In this document: in pieces, positions 16,771 through 23,581 of the stretch
How positions within the stretch are numbered: the first letter of the stretch is position 1
Layout: the number at the start of each line of letters is the position of its first letter
Virus record (IMG/VR): IMGVR_UViG_3300011335_000737
Coordinates: 1-30,884 of that record
DNA: 30,884 nucleotides
Origin: a virus
Taxonomy: Duplodnaviria; Caudoviricetes
Strand: one strand, 5' to 3'
The notes under the pieces: model-generated
The model's database searches: none
What the model was told of the DNA's origin: nothing
Seen by the model: the letters and a program-made list of their open reading frames with translations, nothing else
Made by a program: the position numbers and the translations under genes

Positions 16771-17228
16771 TGCGCGCCCCTAGCCTGCGCTAGCGCGCGC
16801 TCGACCGCCGCCGTCGCAGCCGTCGCCGCTGCGCCTTCGGCGATGGCGCTCGCGAGCGTCGCGTCCTGTACGATGTCGTACGCCGCGCGATACGCGGCGA
16901 TTTCAGCAGCCGCATAGGCTGCGTCATAGACCGCGTCGCGAGTCGCTTCCGCTAGCGGCTGCGCCTGCGCTAGCGCGCGCTCTCCTTCAGCGGTCAAGAC
17001 GATCTCGCCGTCGTCGTTCAAGTCGCGCTGCGATGCCGCGAGAAGCAGCGTCGCGAGACGGTCGAGACTCGCTGCGGCTTCGCGCAACTCCTGAAGACCG
17101 CCGTAGCGACCGAGTTCTTCGCGCTCCTCAATCTGGCGATCGATCTCCTGCGCTGCGCCGATGGCTGCGCGCGCGGTCGTGATTGCGTCTGAGAGAGAGA
17201 GAGAGATTGAAACGGTCGGCTGGCTCAT
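16767..17228 (-). CDS. Ala-rich hypothetical protein (153 aa)
   Basis: Start within repeat copy 1; internal ERALAQA duplication; (GA)8 tract near the 5' end. Confidence 0.65.
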   Translation of the reverse strand: MSQPTVSISLSLSDAITTARAAIGAAQEIDRQIEEREELGRYGGLQELREAAASLDRLATLLLAASQRDLNDDGEIVLTAEGERALAQAQPLAEATRDAVYDAAYAAAEIAAYRAAYDIVQDATLASAIAEGAAATAATAAVERALAQARGAQ

Positions 17229-17319
17229 GGTGTCTCATTTCTGCGGCATCGTGCCGCGTCTGTGCTGATCATGCGGAGTGCATGGCGAGAGAGCGCAGGG
17301 TAGCGCTCGCTCACCGCGC
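17216..17319 (-). repeat. ~105-bp intergenic direct repeat, copy 1 (long hairpin + linker + start hairpin + RBS + MSQP)
   Basis: Near-identical to 17791-17895. Confidence 0.92.
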
Positions 17320-17329
17320 ATTCAAGCGA

Positions 17330-17803
17330 TCACGCGCTCGCCCAGCAGTCCACATGATCGCCGCGCACTATCGCGGTAAATACTCCAGTGCCGCCATCAT
17401 GGCGAGCCGCTTCAATGCTCGCCGCGAGGTCGGCGCGCGTTGCGCGTCGCAACTCCACGCCGTCGATGTAGCGATAGAGCGTCGGTCGAGCAGACTGCTC
17501 ATCGCTGTACGCTTCCGCGCGCAGTTCCATCCACGCGATGGTCGCTGCGTTCGTCGCCGTGATCCCTCGCGGGAGTTTGCCGCGCAGCAGTTGCGTCGCC
17601 ATTCGGCGCGCGCTGGCGCGTCCGTGATTAAGCGCGGCAATCGCGTGGATTCCGTTGCAGGTCGTGCCATTCACGGAGTAGTGATACGACGCGAGATCAG
17701 TGAGTACCAGCGCCTGTCCCTTGATGGTGATCAATCCGATTTCGCGTGCGTCGATTCGTGCGGCTTGCGTCTTGCAGTTTGGTGATTTTTTCGGCTGGCT
17801 CAT
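17330..17803 (-). CDS. Hypothetical protein (157 aa) flanked by the two repeats
   Basis: True start MSQPKK at 17803 inside repeat copy 2. Confidence 0.65.
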   Translation of the reverse strand: MSQPKKSPNCKTQAARIDAREIGLITIKGQALVLTDLASYHYSVNGTTCNGIHAIAALNHGRASARRMATQLLRGKLPRGITATNAATIAWMELRAEAYSDEQSARPTLYRYIDGVELRRATRADLAASIEAARHDGGTGVFTAIVRGDHVDCWASA

Positions 17804-17895
17804 GTTCGTCTCGTTTCTGCGGCATCGTGCCGCGTCTGTGCTGATCATGCGGAGTGCATGGCGAGGGAGCGCATCGCTGCGCTCCCTCACCGCGC
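17791..17895 (-). repeat. ~105-bp intergenic direct repeat, copy 2
   Basis: Contains GGTGAGGGAGCGCA-GCGA-TGCGCTCCCTCGCC and GCGGCACGATGCCGC. Confidence 0.92.
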
Positions 17896-17897
17896 GC

Positions 17898-18143
17898 TCA
17901 CGCGTTAAATAATTGGTCGCCAGCGTGCGCTTTATCGTACGCACGATCAAGCGCACGCTGAAGCGTGAGACCGAGATCTTGCGCGAGGTCAAGGTCGATG
18001 TGCTTGAGCGAAGATTGATCGCGACGAAGTTCAATCGAGATGATTCGATTGAGTTCAATGATTTGCTTGAGCGCGTTCCGCAGAGCGACGCGGTCTGCAA
18101 GGCTGGTTGTTGCGGCTGGTGTGGTGGTATTTGATGCGGTCAT
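17898..18143 (-). CDS. Hypothetical protein (81 aa)
   Basis: MTASNTT... after the start hairpin and GAGAC. Confidence 0.65.
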   Translation of the reverse strand: MTASNTTTPAATTSLADRVALRNALKQIIELNRIISIELRRDQSSLKHIDLDLAQDLGLTLQRALDRAYDKAHAGDQLFNA

Positions 18144-18160
18144 TCGTGGTCTCGATTTCT

Positions 18161-18175
18161 GCGGCATCGTGCCGC
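18161..18175 (-). promoter_or_regulatory. Start-associated hairpin (GCGGC-ACGAT-GCCGC)
   Basis: Identical to 17243-17257 and 17819-17833; followed by AGAAATCGAGACCACGA-ATG. Confidence 0.8.
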
Positions 18176-18214
18176 GTTAATTCTTGTCTCGCGGAGAGCG
18201 TCTCTGCGATGGAT

Positions 18215-18244
18215 GTAGTATCGACTATCCGCGCCAAGATGCAA
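18215..18244 (-). promoter_or_regulatory. Candidate promoter TTGCAT-N18-TACTAC
   Basis: Shares GCTNTTGCATC-N14-CGATA with 21663-21692; intergenic and AT-richer. Confidence 0.55.
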
Positions 18245-18299
18245 CAGCATATATCGAGATTCCGTAAGATTGTCCGTATTCCTGATACTATCGGGCTCT

Positions 18300-18866
18300 C
18301 TATTGATCCTGCTTGCGCTTCGGAGGCGCGGAAACCCTCGACGAGTACCAAACGGAAGCCGAACACTCGATCCCTGCAAGGTCTGTTCGGTTCCTGTTCG
18401 TGCAAAGATCGCTCACCGCGATCAAGTAGGCGCGGCTCCATTCGTCGCGCGAGTCTGGGGCGCGCTCCCAGCCGACGCGATAGAGCGCCGCGAGGATCTC
18501 CGACACCAACTGCGGCTCGGCTGCGTCGATCTCCGCGCGTCGCGCCGCCCAGTCTGCGGCGACGGTTGCCGCCTCGACATCGAGCGCGACCGCGCGATCG
18601 TTCGACGACGCGACGCGACGCGCGCTCTGTTCGCGGTCGTCGTTCTCCGTCGTCAATTTGCCGTAGATTTCAAAGTATTTCGCGGGAATAAATCGACCGC
18701 GCAGACCGCCGTACTGGAGCGCGTATTGATCGAGCGCGTTCATGCAGACACTCAAACGCAAGCCAGCGATGCGCGACTTCGCGAGCGCGAAAATATCTTC
18801 GTCCATTTCGCCGCGAAAGAGTTTGCGCACGCGCGCGACAAACTCAGCAAGTTCGGGCGCGTTCAT
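18300..18866 (-). CDS. Hypothetical protein, possibly helicase-loader-like (188 aa)
   Basis: Helical N-terminal ~70 aa ending in RFIP resembles phage loader/inhibitor domains; weak evidence for function. Confidence 0.55.
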   Translation of the reverse strand: MNAPELAEFVARVRKLFRGEMDEDIFALAKSRIAGLRLSVCMNALDQYALQYGGLRGRFIPAKYFEIYGKLTTENDDREQSARRVASSNDRAVALDVEAATVAADWAARRAEIDAAEPQLVSEILAALYRVGWERAPDSRDEWSRAYLIAVSDLCTNRNRTDLAGIECSASVWYSSRVSAPPKRKQDQ

Positions 18867-19183
18867 GGCTTCGCCTTCGGTGGATGTTCGCGCGCGAGCC
18901 GCTGAATCATTTCGACATAGGACGCAATGCGTTCGGCTTCATCGATCGCCGCTTGCGCGAATGCTTTGCGCTCGCGCTCTTGCGACTCATCCCATCGCGC
19001 CTGTCTTTCGGCGGCTTGCCTGAGCCATTCCGCGCTCGGCGGCGCTGGCGGCACTTCGTCGAACTCGTCGGGCGAGCGTTGGCACGATGTATCAAACGCG
19101 TGCGAGAGTGCGTAGGTGAGATCGTTCGCGCTGCGTAGCACATCGGTACGCTCGCGCATTCTGTTTTCGGTTTCGTCTTGCAT
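18863..19183 (-). CDS. Hypothetical protein (106 aa)
   Basis: MQDETENR after GGAGACACCT; ATGA-coupled downstream. Confidence 0.6.
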   Translation of the reverse strand: MQDETENRMRERTDVLRSANDLTYALSHAFDTSCQRSPDEFDEVPPAPPSAEWLRQAAERQARWDESQERERKAFAQAAIDEAERIASYVEMIQRLAREHPPKAKP

Positions 19184-19195
19184 AGGTGTCTCCAT

Positions 19196-19214
19196 GCGCA
19201 GCGTCATGCCGCGC
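19196..19214 (-). promoter_or_regulatory. Start-associated hairpin variant (GCGCGGC-ATGAC-GCTGCGC)
   Basis: One G.U pair on the minus-strand RNA; 12 nt before ATG 19183. Confidence 0.65.
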
Positions 19215-19223
19215 GCGGAAATC

Positions 19224-19634
19224 CTAGCAGATCACGCGCACAGTTGCATTAGCATCGGAATCGATCGATACGCCGTCAATCGGATCGTGGAGTTGCGTGT
19301 GGATTGAAGTTCGACCCGTTGTCCCCTGCGTTTCGGAGACCTTCAAGTAGCGCTTTTTGCCGAGCATTGAAACCTCGAAGACGACCTTCGCGCTGGTCGT
19401 CACATTCGTCGCGGTGCTGGGAGTCCAGTCGGTTCCCGTCACGCAATTTGGAATCGCGACCCAAGTTGAGTTGTCGTCGGAATGCTCGATTTTTGTAGCG
19501 GTTGTCGCCGCGCTGTTGTTTGAGGAGCAAACAGAAATCGAAGCAAAACGAAAGCCTTGCGTGTCAATCGATGCAGTGCAACTGACGGCGCTCGCTTCAG
19601 CGAAAGCGAAACCGACATTTTGATGTGAGCGCAT
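19224..19634 (-). CDS. Capsid cement/decoration-like protein (copy B, paralogue of 1957-2391)
   Basis: MRS start, DTQGF, EHSD, AIP..V.GTDWTP.T.TN.T..AK, GKKRYLKV and P.DGVS all match copy A. Confidence 0.78.
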   Translation of the reverse strand: MRSHQNVGFAFAEASAVSCTASIDTQGFRFASISVCSSNNSAATTATKIEHSDDNSTWVAIPNCVTGTDWTPSTATNVTTSAKVVFEVSMLGKKRYLKVSETQGTTGRTSIHTQLHDPIDGVSIDSDANATVRVIC

Positions 19635-19647
19635 ATTTGATCCTTGC

Positions 19648-19884
19648 AAAAGAAGAGAGAGAGAACGACTAGCAGACTGCTAGAGAATGATCGGCAATTC
19701 GAGCAGCCACATCTAGTCGCTCTCTCTCTCTTCTCTCTCGCTGGTTCGCGCGGTCGATCTATCTCCGCTCATCGATCACGCATCGCAGCGCGGTTCACGC
19801 GAGCGATCGCAACGCAGAGGAGAGAGAGAGATGTATCTAGCGCACCAGACGATCGGATCGAGAACGATAGGCAAACGCGATAAG
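19648..19884 (-). ncRNA. Candidate structured leader or small RNA
   Basis: No credible ORF; 22-bp inverted repeat 19651-19672/19713-19734 whose single mismatch is G.U on the minus strand; extra complementary CU tract at ~19817-19831; directly downstream of a promoter match. Confidence 0.45.
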
Positions 19885-19888
19885 GGGG

Positions 19889-19918
19889 GTTCTAGGGGGG
19901 AAATAGGTATTCTGTCAA
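19889..19918 (-). promoter_or_regulatory. Candidate sigma70-type promoter TTGACA-N18-TAGAAC
   Basis: Perfect -35 with A-tract upstream; lies after a terminator. Confidence 0.65.
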
Positions 19919-19957
19919 GCGATTTTTCCTATGAAATCTCAAGATAGCGTAAATGGA

Positions 19958-20011
19958 TATGCACTTGAGCGATGCATACTTATGCAGTATGCAGAAAGTT
20001 TATGCAGAAAG
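19958..20011. repeat. Clustered TATGCA / TATGCAGAAAG short repeats
   Basis: TATGCA four times plus ATGCATA; TATGCAGAAAG twice, in an AT-rich intergenic stretch. Confidence 0.65.
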
Positions 20012-20026
20012 ATGGCGTATCAGCGC

Positions 20027-20063
20027 AAAAACGAAACAGCCGCGCGGTTTTGCCGCGCGGCTG
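20027..20063 (-). terminator. Intrinsic terminator
   Basis: CAGCCGCGCGG-CAAAA-CCGCGCGGCTG then TTTCGTTTTT, just after the 20078 stop. Confidence 0.9.
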
Positions 20064-20077
20064 ATCGACTCGCGAAA

Positions 20078-20452
20078 CTAACTTCGGCTTGCGGCTTGAC
20101 CGCGCCAACAAAGGATCATCCCGACGCTGAGCGCGCATAGGTCGAAGCGTAGCGCAGGAGTTACGCACTCCCACCGCAGACGCGCAGCGCGAACGCGACG
20201 CGCCGAAATCCCAAGCGTCACGGCGAGCGCGTCAGGGAGCGGCGAGAGATGCCCAGCGCGAAGGTCGTAGCAGAGACCGACGCGCAGGAGCCGACGAACA
20301 CCGGGAGGAGTTCGGTCGTCCGTCGCGAGAATCTTCGCGCACTGCAAGATCTCGCTCACTTCGTACGGGCGAAATACCGTCGGGTCTTCGTCCTCTATTC
20401 CGATCTGAGATCGGATAGAAGCCACGCCGACTGGGTCGAGTATGTCACGCAT
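20078..20452 (-). CDS. Hypothetical protein with HTH-like segment (124 aa)
   Basis: [18 protein letters not shown]; start after GAAGG overlaps the recombinase end. Confidence 0.55.
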   Translation of the reverse strand: MRDILDPVGVASIRSQIGIEDEDPTVFRPYEVSEILQCAKILATDDRTPPGVRRLLRVGLCYDLRAGHLSPLPDALAVTLGISARRVRAARLRWECVTPALRFDLCALSVGMILCWRGQAASRS

Positions 20453-21524
20453 ACGCGCCTTCCTCTCTCACGCCGACGATGATCAGTTTCGCGCCGCGAC
20501 GCTCGCAGACACAATTAGAAATCAAACCAAACGCTTGGTTCGCTTCAATGCCTGCGGCAATCGCCTCGTCGATGATCGCGAGCGGCGCGTACCCGTCTTG
20601 ATCGACGCGCCAGACGCGCCGCCCTTGCGCGTTTGTCACGACGCTGATCTTCGCAGCGCCATCGATGGCGATGACTTCGACATTCTCGCGCAGAGATTCC
20701 CGAGGGTCAATTGCAGCCGAAGGCGCTGGCGTTGCGACGGGAGCCGTGTTGAACTGGTCGCGCGCCGTCATCTGATCCACATAGACCGTTAGCGCGTTCG
20801 GTGCGTCGACTCGTTGCGCGAGTTGCTCGGCTCGAATTGCCGCGCAATCATCCGACGCGGCAAGCGCTTCGACTGGCTTCGATCGCTTGCGCGGCGCAGG
20901 CGCAACCGCCGGCGCAGGAACAGGCGCAACCGCCGGCGCAGGAACAGGCGGCAACACCGCGACCGACTCGGACGCGGCTTGCGCCATTTCCTCGCCCGTG
21001 TAGAGTCCGCTGAGTTCCGCAGGAAACGCCTTGCGCAACGCAAGCGCCTCCGCACATTTCGCGAGCATGAGCGACGGCATCTTCGCCCACAATCCCGACG
21101 GGAAGCCGTCTTTCCTGGTCTGCTGATACTCGCGCATGAGAGCGAGACCGTAGCACGCTTCGCGGAAGTTGCGCCGATGCACACCGACGCGCGCCGCAAC
21201 TGGCGGCGCAACCGCGAGCCAGACATCGAGCCAAACGCCATCGGCTCCGCACCATTGCGGCGAAGTCTGTCCCTCGTAGTCTCCGCTTCGCTGCGCGATC
21301 AAGCGAAACCCGTCAATGCTGACCTGAGTCTGCATCACTTCGCGGCTCTCTCGCGAGTCCCAGCGCTTCACTGCGAATATCTGGCGCGCAAACGGGTCGA
21401 GTCCTGTGCGATCACAAACCGCAGCGAATAGCGCGAGTTCGTCGCGCGTCGCGCCTTTGCAAAGCGTCTGCGCGATGAGGTCTATCTTCTCCTGCGTCAA
21501 TTTGATGATGGCGAGTTCACTCAT
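20445..21524 (-). CDS. bet: Bet/RecT-family single-strand annealing recombinase
   Basis: [46 protein letters not shown] and GLYT.EEM motifs; Pro/Ala linker with a 24-nt tandem repeat. Confidence 0.92.
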   Translation of the reverse strand: MSELAIIKLTQEKIDLIAQTLCKGATRDELALFAAVCDRTGLDPFARQIFAVKRWDSRESREVMQTQVSIDGFRLIAQRSGDYEGQTSPQWCGADGVWLDVWLAVAPPVAARVGVHRRNFREACYGLALMREYQQTRKDGFPSGLWAKMPSLMLAKCAEALALRKAFPAELSGLYTGEEMAQAASESVAVLPPVPAPAVAPVPAPAVAPAPRKRSKPVEALAASDDCAAIRAEQLAQRVDAPNALTVYVDQMTARDQFNTAPVATPAPSAAIDPRESLRENVEVIAIDGAAKISVVTNAQGRRVWRVDQDGYAPLAIIDEAIAAGIEANQAFGLISNCVCERRGAKLIIVGVREEGAYA

Positions 21525-21621
21525 TAGAATCGCCTCCGATCGCGCGGACGAGCGCAACGATGGCGAACGGTGACGCAACTACGGCGAGTTGCACAATCTG
21601 AGATACGATATCCAATGTCAT
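21517..21621 (-). CDS. Small single-TM peptide (34 aa; not in ORF track)
   Basis: [34 protein letters not shown] after GGAGACACC; first ORF after the candidate early promoter. Confidence 0.65.
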   Translation of the reverse strand: MTLDIVSQIVQLAVVASPFAIVALVRAIGGDSNE

Positions 21622-21637
21622 GGTGTCTCCAATTTCT

Positions 21638-21656
21638 GCGCGGCATCATGCCGCGC
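21638..21656 (-). promoter_or_regulatory. Start-associated hairpin (GCGCGGC-ATGAT-GCCGCGC)
   Basis: Followed by AGAAATTGGAGACACC-ATG. Confidence 0.75.
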
Positions 21657-21662
21657 GGTGAC

Positions 21663-21692
21663 ACTCTATCGGATCGATCGCAATGGATGCAA
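21663..21692 (-). promoter_or_regulatory. Candidate early promoter TTGCAT-N18-TAGAGT
   Basis: At the tail/early-gene boundary; matches elements at 18215-18244 and 13651-13661. Confidence 0.6.
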
Positions 21693-21991
21693 TAGCAAAA
21701 ACCGAGAAAGTTCCTAAAGCGCAGAATCGACGAGTGCGAAAGCATCTCCACGCGTGCATCCTCGCGCTGCGGCTGCGCAATCTCGGCGCAGGCTTCGAGC
21801 CGCGCCCAGCGTCACGCACGATCTCTCTCATCTATCCGACTTGGGAACTGCTCGACGCGCTCACGCTGGCGCTCGATCTCTGCGAGGAAGAAAGCCTTCG
21901 CGTGTTAGTTTCGCAGGCGCGCACTGTCACGCTTAAGAACTTAGTTACGCAATCAGACCATCTGAAATCGTCTCTGAGCCAACATAGTTAG
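21683..21991 (+). CDS. Possible divergent regulator-like protein (only plus-strand candidate)
   Basis: Fills a gap with no convincing minus-strand ORF; PTWELLDALTLALDLCEEE resembles the end of XRE-type HTH domains. Confidence 0.3.
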   Translation: MDAIAKTEKVPKAQNRRVRKHLHACILALRLRNLGAGFEPRPASRTISLIYPTWELLDALTLALDLCEEESLRVLVSQARTVTLKNLVTQSDHLKSSLSQHS

Positions 21992-23321
21992 CAGGCAAAC
22001 TAAGTCCCTTGTGGTACATACCAAAGAGCCTATCGAACGCGGCTGCAATTAAGCCTTCGTTGTTGTTCGTGAAGTTATATCGCGCGTTGTCGTCGGCGTA
22101 CCAGTCGGCGCTACCAGCAACAATCGCAAGCGAAGCGCCGCCTGAAGCGATCGGCATCATCTCCGCAATGACGATTTCGTCAATATAGAAAGCAGCAACT
22201 GCGACCGCGACCGTCGTTTCAATCACGATATAAGTGTCCTGCGGAATGACGCGCGGAGACCTAATCATTGCCGAGTAAAGTTGATACGAAGTTGTCGCCG
22301 CCGCGATACTTAGTTCGTTCTTAAAGAGCGCGCTGTCGAGGATCGTACCTGCTGAATCTTGGATCGAGACGACAACGGTTCCCGTCGCGCCTGCGTCCTT
22401 CATGCCTGCGAACGAGATCACATAGGGACGATCAGGCGTGAGCCGACCGAGTGTTCCCGTCGAGACTCCCATCTGCTGGCGAATGCGGAACACGGAACCC
22501 GTGACATTTAGTTTGAGCGCCTTAGTTCCGCGAAAGATGTTCGTCGTCTCGGTCGTGAACTCAGTACCAGCCGCGCCGCTCACGACGGTGAAAAGATCAG
22601 GCAAGTGGGAGGTCTGGTCTTCAAGATCGGTGTTCGAGCAAATGTTCTGCGCGCGGTTGCCATTGTCAACAGATGCAGAAATTGAACTCATACGCATGAG
22701 CGTTCCGCTACCCGCGGGGAATCGATAGTCAAGTTCCGAGTACGACGGCTGTCCGCGAATCTCAAACACTTCCGCGCCGCGCGCGACGCTGTAGTTCTGC
22801 GCGTCTTGCACGCAGCGCGCCTCTACCATTTCGGTTCGGATGTTTGGGAAATCCGCAGTAGAGCCGAGCAGGATGTTTGGCGCGTCGAACGAATACAAAA
22901 ACTTCCCGTTGCCGTTGTTCGAGCCGCCGACAGAGAGAGCAGACTTCGTGATCGTCGTTCCGTCAATGGTCTCAGTGTCTGCGTCCATCTCGCGAATCAG
23001 CCAGACGAGCGCGTCGGTCAACGCCTTCCGCGCCATCGCGTTCGTCGTTGAAGTCTGCGCAACCGCGAAGCACATTTCAACTAGCGTCTTCTCGGCGGCG
23101 GCGCGAACATCGTTGAGAACGCCGCCAGTCTCCGAGATGCGACCTTCGATGTTTCCGCTTAGACCATCGATCATCCACGAATCAGCCGACGAGTATTCGC
23201 CTTGCACATTCGCGAGCAAGGTTTTCAAGTTAGTTTGGTGCGTGCGCACCGCGTCCATCATGTAGATGAGCGCGCCAAGTCGAGTGAAGAGTCCGTTCGC
23301 GCCGTCGTAGGTAAGTGCCAT
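21945..23321 (-). CDS. Putative virion structural protein, tail-end module (458 aa)
   Basis: Last gene of the tail block; helical N-terminus and beta-rich carbohydrate-binding-like C-terminal region. Confidence 0.65.
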   Translation of the reverse strand: MALTYDGANGLFTRLGALIYMMDAVRTHQTNLKTLLANVQGEYSSADSWMIDGLSGNIEGRISETGGVLNDVRAAAEKTLVEMCFAVAQTSTTNAMARKALTDALVWLIREMDADTETIDGTTITKSALSVGGSNNGNGKFLYSFDAPNILLGSTADFPNIRTEMVEARCVQDAQNYSVARGAEVFEIRGQPSYSELDYRFPAGSGTLMRMSSISASVDNGNRAQNICSNTDLEDQTSHLPDLFTVVSGAAGTEFTTETTNIFRGTKALKLNVTGSVFRIRQQMGVSTGTLGRLTPDRPYVISFAGMKDAGATGTVVVSIQDSAGTILDSALFKNELSIAAATTSYQLYSAMIRSPRVIPQDTYIVIETTVAVAVAAFYIDEIVIAEMMPIASGGASLAIVAGSADWYADDNARYNFTNNNEGLIAAAFDRLFGMYHKGLSLPANYVGSETISDGLIA

Positions 23322-23323
23322 AG

Positions 23324-23581
23324 TTAAGCCTTTCCATCTCTATCGGAGAACGGCACGGCTGCGTTGAGCGCGGCGCGACGCTGGGCGCAGCCGCCACAGC
23401 CGACCTTCCGCGCAACGGCATCGATGCCCGTCGCAACTGCAACCGAATGCACGACATCGCCGAGACCGCGCGACGAGCCGCGATACTCCGCGCACGATGC
23501 GCAGCGCGCTGCGTCGGTTGTGCCTGCTACGACAGGATGAACGCAGGAATCAGGCGAAGCAAGGTATCGGCATTGCATCAT
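23324..23581 (-). CDS. Cys-rich small protein (GLGD...CGGC..RR..LN)
   Basis: 85 aa, six Cys; ATGA-coupled to the upstream Cys-rich gene. Confidence 0.7.
   Translation of the reverse strand: MMQCRYLASPDSCVHPVVAGTTDAARCASCAEYRGSSRGLGDVVHSVAVATGIDAVARKVGCGGCAQRRAALNAAVPFSDRDGKA

Noticed and set aside
20897-20949. 24-nt tandem repeat in the recombinase
   Set aside because: In-frame PVPAPAVA linker duplication, ordinary for this region of Bet/RecT proteins.
15286-21656. Repeated palindromes as a CRISPR array or integron attC sites
   Set aside because: Spacing is gene-sized and irregular, no cas or integrase gene, and no GTTRRRY/RYYYAAC cores around them.
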